The notes under the pieces are model-generated. The model had not been told where the DNA came from. It did not search any database and saw nothing but the letters and a program-made list of their open reading frames with translations. The translations under genes and the position numbers were made by a program. This document shows positions 7,626-16,879 of a stretch of 64,000 nt of DNA, one piece after another. Every line of letters begins with the position of its first letter. The stretch's first letter is position 1. The DNA comes from a virus, in the IMG/VR virus record IMGVR_UViG_3300045988_074874; one strand, given 5' to 3'.

Positions 7626-8210
7626 ATGAAAAAGATACCAACATTATTTGAGCGAGAATTTAAAGACCATAAGGTTGTAAAGGTTCTTCCGAAAGTGCAT
7701 CCGGGCATGGAATGGGTACTTAAAGGAGAAGGTGTTGCAACAGTCAAATACGACGGTTCTTGCTGCGCGATAATTGACGGAGAATATTATAAAAGATATG
7801 ACTGCAAGAAAGGCAAGATACCACCAGAGGGATTTATTCCTTGTTGCAAACCAGATTCCATTACAGGTCACTGGCCGGGATGGGTAAAGGTTGATGAGAA
7901 TAATCCGTCTGATAAGTGGTTTTTGAAAGCGTATAGTCCGATAAAAGGAAATGTAACAATTTATCTAGCTAACGGAACATACGAAGCAATAGGAAAATAT
8001 TTCTGCGGAAATCCGTACAATATGGATTACGATACACTTGTTAAACATGGCGACGAAATCGTTAAAGTTGAAAGAACATTCGAAGGAATCAAGAAATATC
8101 TTTCCGAACACAAGATAGAGGGATTAGTTTTCTGGAAAGACGGAAGCCCACAATGTAAAATCAAGCGTTCAGATTTTGGCTTTGAATGGCCAGTAAAGGG
8201 GAATTTATGA
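7626..8210 (+). CDS. minimal nucleotidyltransferase of the ATP-dependent RNA/DNA ligase superfamily
   Basis: Motif I VKYDGS (Rnl-type KxDGS), motif IV EGLVFW, motif V CKIKRSDF; only 194 aa. Confidence 0.4.
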   Translation: MKKIPTLFEREFKDHKVVKVLPKVHPGMEWVLKGEGVATVKYDGSCCAIIDGEYYKRYDCKKGKIPPEGFIPCCKPDSITGHWPGWVKVDENNPSDKWFLKAYSPIKGNVTIYLANGTYEAIGKYFCGNPYNMDYDTLVKHGDEIVKVERTFEGIKKYLSEHKIEGLVFWKDGSPQCKIKRSDFGFEWPVKGNL

Positions 8211-8371
8211 ATCCAGTATTTATATTTCTAGTGATATGCGGAGCAGTGGCAGTATGGTTTCTGCTTTACAAATTATTTCAGCCACTAGGTAAATTATTGA
8301 ATCACATTGGCAAAAATGCCATTGATGAGTTAAATAAAGATGAAAGTCAAAATAAGGAGGACAAAGAATGA
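8207..8371 (+). CDS. small membrane protein (54 aa)
   Basis: RBS AAAGGGGAA; single TM helix VFIFLVICGAVAVWFLLY. Confidence 0.35.
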   Translation: MNPVFIFLVICGAVAVWFLLYKLFQPLGKLLNHIGKNAIDELNKDESQNKEDKE

Positions 8372-9321
8372 AAAAAGGACTTTTAGGTGGAATTGGATTA
8401 GCTGTTGTAATCATTGCAGGACTTATATGCGTTGCAAAGTGTAGTGTAAAGGTTCCAGCCGGTTACATTGCGGTCGAGTACAAAATGAACGGGGGAATCT
8501 CCAAGAATGTACTTACGCAGGGGTGGCATTTGATTTCACCTACAGTAAAAACTTCACTGTATTCTGTTGGAATCGAACAGTCTTATCTTACATCTGAAGA
8601 TAAAGGCGATTCTCCAAAAGATGAAAGTTTCAAGACACCAACGGCAGATGGCAAATCTCTTTTAGTTGATTTGGAATTTTCGTATAAATTCGATCAGAAC
8701 AGAGTAACTGATGTATTTACTCAGTTTAAAGGTCAATCCGGGGAATCTGTAAAAAACACCTTTATTAAGCCGAAAATGAAAGCATGGACGCAGGAAGTAA
8801 CTGCGAAGTATCCAGTAACAGATGTTTTCGGTGATAAGCGTCAGGAACTGAATGAAGCACTTGACGAATATCTTAAACGGAAGTTTGAACCATACGGAAT
8901 CATTATTGATACAGTAAACTTTACTTCTATTTCCACTGATGATGAAACACAAGCTGCAATCCAAAAGAAAGTAAATGCACAGCAAGAGCTTGAATTGGCC
9001 AATATTGAAGCTAAAACAGCCAAAGTACAAGCCGATAAAGATAAAGAAGTTGCACTGATTGCTGCTGAACAGGAAAAAGAAAAAGCAGCTATTCAGGCAG
9101 AACAAGCCAAAATTGATGCAGAAGGTAAAGCCGAAGCGATTAAGATTAAAGCTGAAGCCGAAGCGGAAGCAAATAGAAAAATTGCAGAATCACTTACTCC
9201 TGAACTGATTGAAAAACAGAAAATTGATAAATGGGATGGTGAAGTTCCGAAGATTCAGGGAAGTAACACTTCTACCATCGTAGACACAAGAGATATGACA
9301 GCCGATGAGAATGCTGAATAA
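8368..9321 (+). CDS. SPFH/band-7 (prohibitin/flotillin-like) membrane protein
   Basis: N-terminal TM helix, SPFH core, Ala/Glu/Lys-rich coiled-coil tail typical of the family. Confidence 0.7.
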   Translation: MKKGLLGGIGLAVVIIAGLICVAKCSVKVPAGYIAVEYKMNGGISKNVLTQGWHLISPTVKTSLYSVGIEQSYLTSEDKGDSPKDESFKTPTADGKSLLVDLEFSYKFDQNRVTDVFTQFKGQSGESVKNTFIKPKMKAWTQEVTAKYPVTDVFGDKRQELNEALDEYLKRKFEPYGIIIDTVNFTSISTDDETQAAIQKKVNAQQELELANIEAKTAKVQADKDKEVALIAAEQEKEKAAIQAEQAKIDAEGKAEAIKIKAEAEAEANRKIAESLTPELIEKQKIDKWDGEVPKIQGSNTSTIVDTRDMTADENAE

Positions 9322-9395
9322 TAAATAAATCAGTCAGAGAGCCACATGAGAGCCAGACTAAATCCTAAAAAGAAAGGAGGTCTGGCTCTATTTTT

Positions 9396-11132
9396 ATGCA
9401 AAAATTCACAGAAGGTTCGCTTGAATGGTATCGGGCAATTTTAAATCAAATCATTAATGATGATATGACAGTCTGTCAAAATCAGAAGGACTGCCTTGAT
9501 TTACTTTTGAATATGAATATTGACCTTCCTTTCAAGGATAATCCAGATGCACGGAATATGGCAATGAAAGTCAGCCGGTACGCTCATACAACTGCGGCAA
9601 GAAACGCGGCACTGACTGGAAGCGGTAATTTTGATGATATTTACTGGCAGTATTTATTATTGGAAGCACAGAACTATCAGGTTGACAGCGGGCTTCTTTA
9701 CCTTGAAAAGAACCGAATCCCGAAAGAACGATTCTATGAACCACGAAGAAATGTGTTCTTGCAGCATAACATCATAGGTTCACTGCAAGACCTGATGGAT
9801 GACAAATTAGATATATTTGCATTAAGCGTACCTCCGGGTTGTGGAAAGAGTACTCTGGAAGATTTCTTTTTATCATTGGTAGGTGGATGGTTCCCGAATG
9901 ACTTTAACCTGTCTTCGGCACACAGTAGCATTCTGACACGTTCCCTTTATGATGGTGTTCTGGAAATTATCAATGATCCCGTGGAATACACGTGGCATGA
10001 GATATTCCCTAACGTAGAAATTCAAGGAACAAATGCAAAGGAAACTACAGTCAATCTCGAAAGAAACGGACGATTTAAGACATGGACATTTCGTTCTATT
10101 GATGGCTCTTTGACTGGTGCCACTAGATGCAATAGATTCCTTACTGCCGATGACCTTGTGTCTGGTATTGAAGAAGCTTTGAATAAGAACCGACTTGATA
10201 CCCTGTGGACAAAAGTGGTAAATGACTTGCGTTCCCGTAGACTTGAGGGATGCAAAGAGTTTTATATTGCCACCAGATGGTCAGTACATGACCCTATCGG
10301 AAAACTGCAACAACTATATGCCGGAAACCCACGGGCAAGGTTTATTGCAGTTCCAGCACTTGATGAAAACGGAAAGAGCAATTTTCTGTTTACGGTAAAT
10401 GGATTCTCAGAGAAATATTTCAATGATGCTAAAGAATCCATGGATGAAATTTCTTACAACTGTCTTTATCAGCAACAGCCGGTAGAACGTGAGGGATTAT
10501 TATTACCACCGGACAAATTAAAACGATTCTTTTTCAGTAAAGAAGACGTGCCGGATGGATGCGCGGATGAATACATTATCATTCCAGATAAAGATGCAGA
10601 TGCGATATGGGCGGTATGTGATACAAAAGATAAAGGAACTGACTTCGAATCATTACCGATTGCATACCAATACGGAGATAAATTCTTCTTTCCCGATGTG
10701 GTGTTTGATGACACTACAGACTATGACATTTTGGATAGAAAGACAGCAGATATTTTGGTAAGACATAACCCACATAAGATTCGTTTCGAATCAAATAATG
10801 TCGGAAACCGTGTGGCACACAATATCCAGAAAATGATTACCGGAAAGTGTCGAGCTGAAATTGAGACAAAACCAACGTCAGCAAATAAAGAAACAAAGAT
10901 TCTTGTAAATTCGGACTATATAGCAAAACATTTTTATTTTCTGCATCCAAGTCAGTACAAAGCAAAGTCTGATTACGGATTGTTTATGGCTAATGTAACT
11001 ACGTACACTACTAGGGCAAAAGTACCACATGATGACGGAATCGATTCTTTGGCTATGATGGCTGAGTACATACAAAATCCATTAGGTGGTAAAGCAACGG
11101 CAATGCAGAATCCATTTTGGGGAAGGAGATAG
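9396..11132 (+). CDS. terL: terminase large subunit
   Basis: 578 aa; Walker A LSVPPGCGKST, nuclease-domain acidic motifs (ATRWSVHD, DDGIDSL), position upstream of portal. Confidence 0.85.
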   Translation: MQKFTEGSLEWYRAILNQIINDDMTVCQNQKDCLDLLLNMNIDLPFKDNPDARNMAMKVSRYAHTTAARNAALTGSGNFDDIYWQYLLLEAQNYQVDSGLLYLEKNRIPKERFYEPRRNVFLQHNIIGSLQDLMDDKLDIFALSVPPGCGKSTLEDFFLSLVGGWFPNDFNLSSAHSSILTRSLYDGVLEIINDPVEYTWHEIFPNVEIQGTNAKETTVNLERNGRFKTWTFRSIDGSLTGATRCNRFLTADDLVSGIEEALNKNRLDTLWTKVVNDLRSRRLEGCKEFYIATRWSVHDPIGKLQQLYAGNPRARFIAVPALDENGKSNFLFTVNGFSEKYFNDAKESMDEISYNCLYQQQPVEREGLLLPPDKLKRFFFSKEDVPDGCADEYIIIPDKDADAIWAVCDTKDKGTDFESLPIAYQYGDKFFFPDVVFDDTTDYDILDRKTADILVRHNPHKIRFESNNVGNRVAHNIQKMITGKCRAEIETKPTSANKETKILVNSDYIAKHFYFLHPSQYKAKSDYGLFMANVTTYTTRAKVPHDDGIDSLAMMAEYIQNPLGGKATAMQNPFWGRR

Positions 11133-11133
11133 C

Positions 11134-11556
11134 ATGGATATAAAGGAATATCTGAATCAAATTCAACGATATGAAAAAGTTATAAATAACAAACTGGAAG
11201 AAATCGAACACTTAAAATTGCTTGCTACTAGCATTAGTGCTTCGACGTATGGCATTGAACGCGTTCAAACTTCTGGAAGCCAAGATAAAATAGGCGATAC
11301 AATTGCAAAATTGGTGGATGCGCAGCGTGAACTGGCTGATAATGTGGTAGAACTTATGGATAAGAAGCAGAAACTTATAGATGTTATAGAGTCTGTGAAA
11401 AATCCCCAGTATTATGATTTTTTGTATAAACGATACGTAGAGGGAAAAAAGCTAACTGTCATTGCAGATGAAATGGAATACAATGAAGAATATATTAAAC
11501 AATTCCACGGGAAAGCAGTAAATTACGTAAAAGAAATGATTAATTTCAAAAGTTAG
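11134..11556 (+). CDS. putative late-gene regulator (ArpU/RinA or sigma region-4-like)
   Basis: 140 aa from ATG at 11134 (RBS GGGGAAGGAGAT); coiled-coil N-terminus and C-terminal HTH-like segment; sits directly before the first copy of the conserved motif. Confidence 0.35.
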   Translation: MDIKEYLNQIQRYEKVINNKLEEIEHLKLLATSISASTYGIERVQTSGSQDKIGDTIAKLVDAQRELADNVVELMDKKQKLIDVIESVKNPQYYDFLYKRYVEGKKLTVIADEMEYNEEYIKQFHGKAVNYVKEMINFKS

Positions 11557-11597
11557 CACCTTTTCTTACTGAATATAACTTTCCGATTATGTATAAT
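11555..11597 (+). promoter_or_regulatory. conserved motif AGCACCTTTTCTTACTGAATATAAC + 12 nt + TATAAT (copy 1 of 3), candidate late promoter
   Basis: Near-identical 25-mer at 23082 and diverged copy at 35641; each follows a stop codon and precedes a structural operon. Confidence 0.45.
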
Positions 11598-11672
11598 ATA
11601 TGATGAAAATGTATGAAGCATCGGGTGAAAACTCGGTGCTTTTTTCATGTCTAAAAATAGGAGGTATAGGCA

Positions 11673-13160
11673 GTGGGAAGAAACAAAAGCAATTTTGTTG
11701 ACCTATGCCAAGGCGATTTTGGCAGAAAAACTGCCTACACTGGCGTAGCTCAAATTACTACCGAAAATGTTGTTCAAGTTCTATCTGATACGATTGGTAC
11801 ACATAATCGAAACAGAATGATGATTAATTATCTTTATCGGTACTACAAAGGCGACCAACCAATCTTATATCGGGAAAAGCTTGTGAGACCGGAAGTAAAT
11901 AATAGAGTTGTCGAAAATCACGCTCTGGAAGTTGTCAAGTTTAAGGCAGGACAAATATATGGAGAACCTATTCAATATGTCTGCAAAAAGAAAAAAGCAG
12001 ATAAAAAGATAAATGAGCAGGTCGACCTGCTGAATGATTATCTGGACGAAGCAAATGCGGATGCCCGAAATATTCAGCTTGGAATATACCAGAGTGCCGT
12101 AGGAACTGCATACAAGGCAATTCTACGAGAAGACGATTGGACAAAAGACCGTGATTTACCACCATTTAGAATTTTTATTCCGTATCCGGGAGATGTTTAT
12201 ATTGTTTATTCCAGAAACACAGGAAAAGCAATGCTATCTGTTCAAATATTGAAAGATGAAGAGAATCAGCAATATTATCTTTGCTATTCTTCAAATCAAT
12301 ATTTCAAGATAAAGAACGGACAAGTAACCGTCAGCGGCATTAATGGCTTTGGCGGAATCCCAATTATCGAGTATCCAAACAACCATGACCGGCTATCTGA
12401 TGTCGAAATTGCAATTACAGCATTTGATGCGATCAACAAGTATCAGTCGGATAGATTAAACGGTGTTGAACAGTTTGTTCAAGCATTTATGAAATTCAAA
12501 AACTGTGAAGTTGACGAGAATGAATTTTTGAAAATGGTCAAGCTAGGAGCAATATCTGTAAAAGATGCTGGAAACGGTGTTCAGTCAGATGTTGACTTGA
12601 TGACTGCGGAATTAAACCAGTCGGAGAGCCAAGTTGCTAAAGACGACATTTACAATAATATGCTGATTGTAGAAGCAATGCCAAACCGCCAGAGCAACAC
12701 CGGTGGTGATACTGGTAATGCTGTATATTTGCGTAATGGATGGGATTTTGCAGAGCGAGATGCCAAACTTGTTGAAGCATTCACAAAAGAAGCCGAAAAA
12801 GCTTCTGTCAGAATTATTCTCAACATCATTCGCAAAACCTCCAATGATGTCAAGATTTCTACCAGAGATTTTGATGTCAAAATCACCAGAAACCCAACAG
12901 ATAACATGCTTGTTAAAGCACAGGCACTTGATTATCTGTTCAAGAATAAAATTCACCCGCTTATTGCATTGATTACTTGTGGATTATTCAGCGATCCGCA
13001 AAAGGTATATGAAATGAGCTTACCATATCTTGGAACTGTTTATCCCGAACTGGCAAACCCAGACGCAGAAATGAAGAAAGCACAAGAATTGATTAAAGAT
13101 TTTAGTCAGAAATCAATTCAAAATCAATCAGCAACAATTTCTTCCACTGGTGAAGAATAG
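11673..13160 (+). CDS. portal protein (SPP1 gp6-like), GTG start
   Basis: 495 aa, immediately after terL; portal-like size and composition. Confidence 0.7.
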   Translation: MGRNKSNFVDLCQGDFGRKTAYTGVAQITTENVVQVLSDTIGTHNRNRMMINYLYRYYKGDQPILYREKLVRPEVNNRVVENHALEVVKFKAGQIYGEPIQYVCKKKKADKKINEQVDLLNDYLDEANADARNIQLGIYQSAVGTAYKAILREDDWTKDRDLPPFRIFIPYPGDVYIVYSRNTGKAMLSVQILKDEENQQYYLCYSSNQYFKIKNGQVTVSGINGFGGIPIIEYPNNHDRLSDVEIAITAFDAINKYQSDRLNGVEQFVQAFMKFKNCEVDENEFLKMVKLGAISVKDAGNGVQSDVDLMTAELNQSESQVAKDDIYNNMLIVEAMPNRQSNTGGDTGNAVYLRNGWDFAERDAKLVEAFTKEAEKASVRIILNIIRKTSNDVKISTRDFDVKITRNPTDNMLVKAQALDYLFKNKIHPLIALITCGLFSDPQKVYEMSLPYLGTVYPELANPDAEMKKAQELIKDFSQKSIQNQSATISSTGEE

Positions 13161-13181
13161 ACGTTTTTACATCAATTATTT

Positions 13182-13214
13182 AAGGAATCTTGGAAAACTG
13201 AGATTCCTTTTTTA
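13182..13214 (+). terminator. rho-independent terminator after portal
   Basis: AAGGAATCT-N10-AGATTCCTT perfect 9-bp stem followed by TTTTTTAAT. Confidence 0.55.
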
Positions 13215-13319
13215 ATACTCAAAAATATTGCAACAGCCCGTGAGCGCAAATCGGGCACAGATCATGTGCGGAGCGAACCGTGTGAACAAAGTGTGTTGGT
13301 CTGGAAGAAAGGAGATTTC

Positions 13320-13961
13320 ATGACAAGAGAACAGGCAAAACAGGTACTTATCGGTATGGGAATTGAGGAACCATCTGATGAACAGGTGTCTAAATACCTT
13401 GATTCCGTTACAGGAGAAGTAAAGAAAGAAAAAGACAAAAATGCTTCATTACAAGAAAAAGCCAACAAGGCAGCAGAACTTGAAAAAGAATTGGAAGAGC
13501 TGAAACAGCAGAATATGACAGACGCTGAGAAAGCAGAACTGGAACGCCAGAAAGAAAAAGCTGCAAACGAGAAAAGAATTTCTGACCTTGAATCCGCACT
13601 TGCAACTTCCCAGAGAGAAGCACTGACAGGAAAAATCACTTCCATTTTTGCTAATGCAGGAATGCAAGGTGATGCCTACGCAGGAGCAATCAAAGCATTT
13701 TCCAATATGAATGAAGAAGATGCACTCAAAGAAGCACAGACTTTTGTTGATGGAATTTCCGAAGTAAATAAAACAACTCTCGATACTGCAAAAGCTGCAT
13801 GGGAAAAAGAAGCCCTTGAAAACACGCCTAATCCGGGTGGTGGAGCTGGCAACAGTAACGAGACAAAGAAAAGTGATGCATCTGAATATGCAAAAGCATA
13901 CTCAGCAAGAATGAACCCAGAAATCAAACCGGCGGACGATAACGCACCGGTAAATATTTAA
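13320..13961 (+). CDS. scaffolding protein
   Basis: RBS GAAAGGAG; Glu/Lys/Ala-rich coiled coil; between portal and capsid. Confidence 0.55.
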   Translation: MTREQAKQVLIGMGIEEPSDEQVSKYLDSVTGEVKKEKDKNASLQEKANKAAELEKELEELKQQNMTDAEKAELERQKEKAANEKRISDLESALATSQREALTGKITSIFANAGMQGDAYAGAIKAFSNMNEEDALKEAQTFVDGISEVNKTTLDTAKAAWEKEALENTPNPGGGAGNSNETKKSDASEYAKAYSARMNPEIKPADDNAPVNI

Positions 13962-13979
13962 GAAAAGGAGATTTAGATT

Positions 13980-14324
13980 ATGGCTTTTATGAAAACAGAG
14001 CAGTACGAATCCACACCTAATATCCTCGAATCCGAGGTAGGACTGGTACTTAAAACCTATACAGCAGAACAGACAAATGCTGAAACCGTTGGAACTAAGA
14101 AGATCATCAAAGCAGGTTCTGTATATCCGACAAATGCAACCGGTGCAAAAGGAATCGTATTTGAAGAGGTTGATATGACAGACGATGTAAAGAGACCAAT
14201 TTCCGTAATTGTTGCAGGACGTGTTCTTGAAAAAAGACTCCCGGTAACAGTTGATGAAACTGCAAAAACTGAACTTGAGAAATCAGGAATCGTTTTTGTA
14301 ACTACAGAAGACCCAGTATTTTAA
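13980..14324 (+). CDS. head decoration protein (lambda gpD-like position)
   Basis: 114 aa directly upstream of the capsid gene, the D/E arrangement. Confidence 0.4.
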   Translation: MAFMKTEQYESTPNILESEVGLVLKTYTAEQTNAETVGTKKIIKAGSVYPTNATGAKGIVFEEVDMTDDVKRPISVIVAGRVLEKRLPVTVDETAKTELEKSGIVFVTTEDPVF

Positions 14325-14337
14325 GGAGGTATAAAAG

Positions 14338-15372
14338 ATGCCATTTAATGTATTAGAATCAATTACACAGGAAGAAAGACTTAACTTCTCTCAGGATTTT
14401 AGCGTAAAAAGACCGGGTATTCTTGATACCATTTTCCCAGATGTTAAAACCCAGTACCTGAAAGCTGAATACTACAGACTTATGGCTGGACAGAGACTGC
14501 CAGAGGTAGCATTCGTTCATGCGCTTGATACTGAAGCAGAAATCGGAACAAGACCGGGCTTCGAAAAAGTTCTGACTGAAAAACTCTTTATTAAGAGAAA
14601 AATCAATCAGTCCGAAAGATTACAGCAGGCAATTGAAAACGGTGTGCCGGATAATGAAGCACTGAAAAACTTTGTATTTGATGATGCAGCTAACCTTTTT
14701 GAAGGTGTTGTTACCAGAGCGAATGTTATGAAAGGACAGTTCCTTTCTACAGGTGCCGTAAAAGTCAAAGAGAACAATGTAGATCTGAATATTGATTACG
14801 GCGTACCAGCAACTGCAAAAGTAACACTTGCCAACTGGGCTACGCCAGAAGCAGATATCATGGGAGATATCCAGAAGATGGTGGCCGCAGCAGAAGACAA
14901 TGGTTATGTAGTTAATAAAGCCCTTACATCCCTAAAGATGATTAACTATATGAGAAACAATACTGCTATGCAGACAGCGGTTCTGGGAGCAGCAAACAAA
15001 CGTCTTCTGACAAAACAGGAACTTGCAAATCTGCTTATGCAGGAATACGGAATCACAATTGATCGTTGCGATGAGAAATTCCACTTCAGAAAAGCAGATG
15101 GTTCTCTTAAAACAGGCAGATACTTCAAAGAAGATGTATTTACTCTGTATGAAGCAGATGCAAACGGTTCTTTCGGTACAGGACTCTGGGGCGTGACACC
15201 TGAGGAACTTGAATACAGACAGTTCATTCAGGAAGAAAACCGTTCTTTCGTAACACTGTCCATGTGGGCTACACAGGATCCGGTTGCAGTATGGACAAAA
15301 GCGTCCGGTATGTTCGTTCCGGTTGCTCCGAAAGCTAATGGCGGTATCGTTATCGGTACAAAGGGGGAATAA
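14338..15372 (+). CDS. major capsid protein (gpE-like)
   Basis: 344 aa after scaffold and decoration genes, strong RBS. Confidence 0.6.
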   Translation: MPFNVLESITQEERLNFSQDFSVKRPGILDTIFPDVKTQYLKAEYYRLMAGQRLPEVAFVHALDTEAEIGTRPGFEKVLTEKLFIKRKINQSERLQQAIENGVPDNEALKNFVFDDAANLFEGVVTRANVMKGQFLSTGAVKVKENNVDLNIDYGVPATAKVTLANWATPEADIMGDIQKMVAAAEDNGYVVNKALTSLKMINYMRNNTAMQTAVLGAANKRLLTKQELANLLMQEYGITIDRCDEKFHFRKADGSLKTGRYFKEDVFTLYEADANGSFGTGLWGVTPEELEYRQFIQEENRSFVTLSMWATQDPVAVWTKASGMFVPVAPKANGGIVIGTKGE

Positions 15373-15470
15373 CCGGGCATAGTCTCAATGAGAACAGCCG
15401 ATCACCGTCTGTAGCAAGTGTTAAATTCAAAGAACCAACACATAAATACACAGAAAGTGAGCTGTCTAAT

Positions 15471-15575
15471 ATGACTGTACCACAGTTAAGACAGCTTGCA
15501 AGTGATAATGGCTATGCCCTGACAGCAACTAATAAGGCTGGTATCATTTCTGAAATATTAGTTCAGCAAGGGTAG
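15471..15575 (+). CDS. tiny Rho_N/SAP-like peptide (34 aa)
   Basis: MTVPQLRQLASDNGYALTATNKAGIISEIL resembles the Rho N-terminal motif; very short. Confidence 0.2.
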   Translation: MTVPQLRQLASDNGYALTATNKAGIISEILVQQG

Positions 15576-15585
15576 GTGATTTTGG

Positions 15586-15912
15586 ATGAACGAAGAGCTT
15601 ATAAACGATTTGGTAAACTATCTGACCGATGATACAGAATCACCTGAAATGATTTCTCTTGCCGTAAAACGAGCAATTCGTTCGTTCAAGAATAAGAGAA
15701 ACTATCCTTCAAGTTATACAGATAAAAAAATAGATAGTGACATGGAAAAATGCTATGATTGCATATTTGATTTAGCCCTCTATTTTCTTGTGAAGCAGGG
15801 GGCTGAGTTCCAAGGATCACATTCTGAATCTTCTGTAAATAGAAGTTGGGAATCTGAAACCGAAATTTATATTAATCATGGTGTTTTTCCTTTTGCTGGA
15901 AGTTTGAGTTAA
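15586..15912 (+). CDS. head-tail connector protein (gp6-like)
   Basis: N-terminus EELINDLVNYLTDDTESPEMISLAVKRAI resembles Phage_connect_1. Confidence 0.5.
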   Translation: MNEELINDLVNYLTDDTESPEMISLAVKRAIRSFKNKRNYPSSYTDKKIDSDMEKCYDCIFDLALYFLVKQGAEFQGSHSESSVNRSWESETEIYINHGVFPFAGSLS

Positions 15913-15945
15913 AAAAGATGGGATGGAACGCAATGTGTTTTTCCT

Positions 15946-15972
15946 CCCGGTACATTGCAGGGTTGCTCATTA
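15946..15972. repeat. TCCCGGTACA...AGGGTT motif, copy 1
   Basis: TTTTTCCTCCCGGTACATTGCAGGGTT shares CTCCCGGTACA and AGGGTT with 23927-23948. Confidence 0.3.
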
Positions 15973-16022
15973 AAGTAGGGAAAGAGCAAAAATCTTATAG
16001 GGAGTGAAAGAAAGGAAAAGCG

Positions 16023-16334
16023 ATGGGATGTGAACATGAGTGCTTTAACAATCACCGCTTCGAAGAAATCGAAAAAAGTATTCATGATATGCAGGAAAAG
16101 CAGTCTGAAAGGCACAAAGAATTTTATTCAAGAATTAATAAGCTCGAACAGAAGACCGCCCTGTATAGCAATGACTTAGATCATATTAAAGAAACAGTCG
16201 ATGAAATGAACAACAATTTAAAAATCCTCATGGCAGTCCCTGGCAAACGTTATGACACTATTATTGTATGCATTATAACGGCAGTCGTGGGAGCAGTTGT
16301 AGGATTTATGTTGAGCGGTGTATTTCCTATGTAA
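16023..16334 (+). CDS. XhlA-like haemolysin/lysis-accessory membrane protein
   Basis: Coiled-coil N-terminus plus single C-terminal TM (IIVCIITAVVGAVVGFMLSGVF) as in the XhlA family. Confidence 0.45.
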   Translation: MGCEHECFNNHRFEEIEKSIHDMQEKQSERHKEFYSRINKLEQKTALYSNDLDHIKETVDEMNNNLKILMAVPGKRYDTIIVCIITAVVGAVVGFMLSGVFPM

Positions 16335-16373
16335 CAAATTGATTCCACTTGTAAGGGAGGACGGTGGAGTTAT

Positions 16374-16628
16374 ATGAATTATGCAGATTTTTCAGAAGAT
16401 GAAAGAAAATTTTACTTGCAAGAAGCAGGTTTTGATTCACGCGAAGAAAAATTATTTCGATTACGGGCTTATGACGAAAAGACATTATGGGAAGCATCTG
16501 AATTAATGGAGTACAGCCCCAGAACCATAGACCGAATCAATAAAAAAATAAAGCAGAAAATTACCAAAGTTGCCCCGATGTACATTCGGGGCTTTTCTTT
16601 GCATAATGGCGGAAATGTGGCGAAATAG
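16374..16628 (+). CDS. hypothetical small protein
   Basis: ORF with RBS GGAGGACGGTGGAG; its 3' end contains a terminator hairpin. Confidence 0.4.
   Translation: MNYADFSEDERKFYLQEAGFDSREEKLFRLRAYDEKTLWEASELMEYSPRTIDRINKKIKQKITKVAPMYIRGFSLHNGGNVAK
16572..16600 (+). terminator. rho-independent terminator
   Basis: GCCCCGA-TGTACAT-TCGGGGC followed by TTTTCTTT. Confidence 0.5.
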
Positions 16629-16684
16629 TGACGTTCAAATATAGTGCTTCTTCCTATATGATATAAGCATAAGGAGAAAACAGT

Positions 16685-16879
16685 ATGCTTATATTAGAGA
16701 ACCCTTATGAAGGATTATGGGAAAAGCATCTGTCTGTGGATGACATGGACATGATTCTTGAATCCCGGATGGGAGGAACATATTATGGCTTATCCGTATT
16801 ATCAGCCAATAATGGCAAATCCATATCAGCAACCACAAATACAGCCATATCAAGACAGATTGGCACAGCTACAAAATAG
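16685..16879 (+). CDS. hypothetical ORF overlapping start of next gene in another frame
   Basis: Strong RBS ATAAGGAGAAAACAGT-ATG; overlaps 16785-17291 by 95 nt. Confidence 0.25.
   Translation: MLILENPYEGLWEKHLSVDDMDMILESRMGGTYYGLSVLSANNGKSISATTNTAISRQIGTATK

Noticed and set aside
8662-9105. Minus-strand ORFs inside the SPFH gene
   Set aside because: Antisense to a well-supported domain protein. Low-complexity Phe/Cys/Asn translation.
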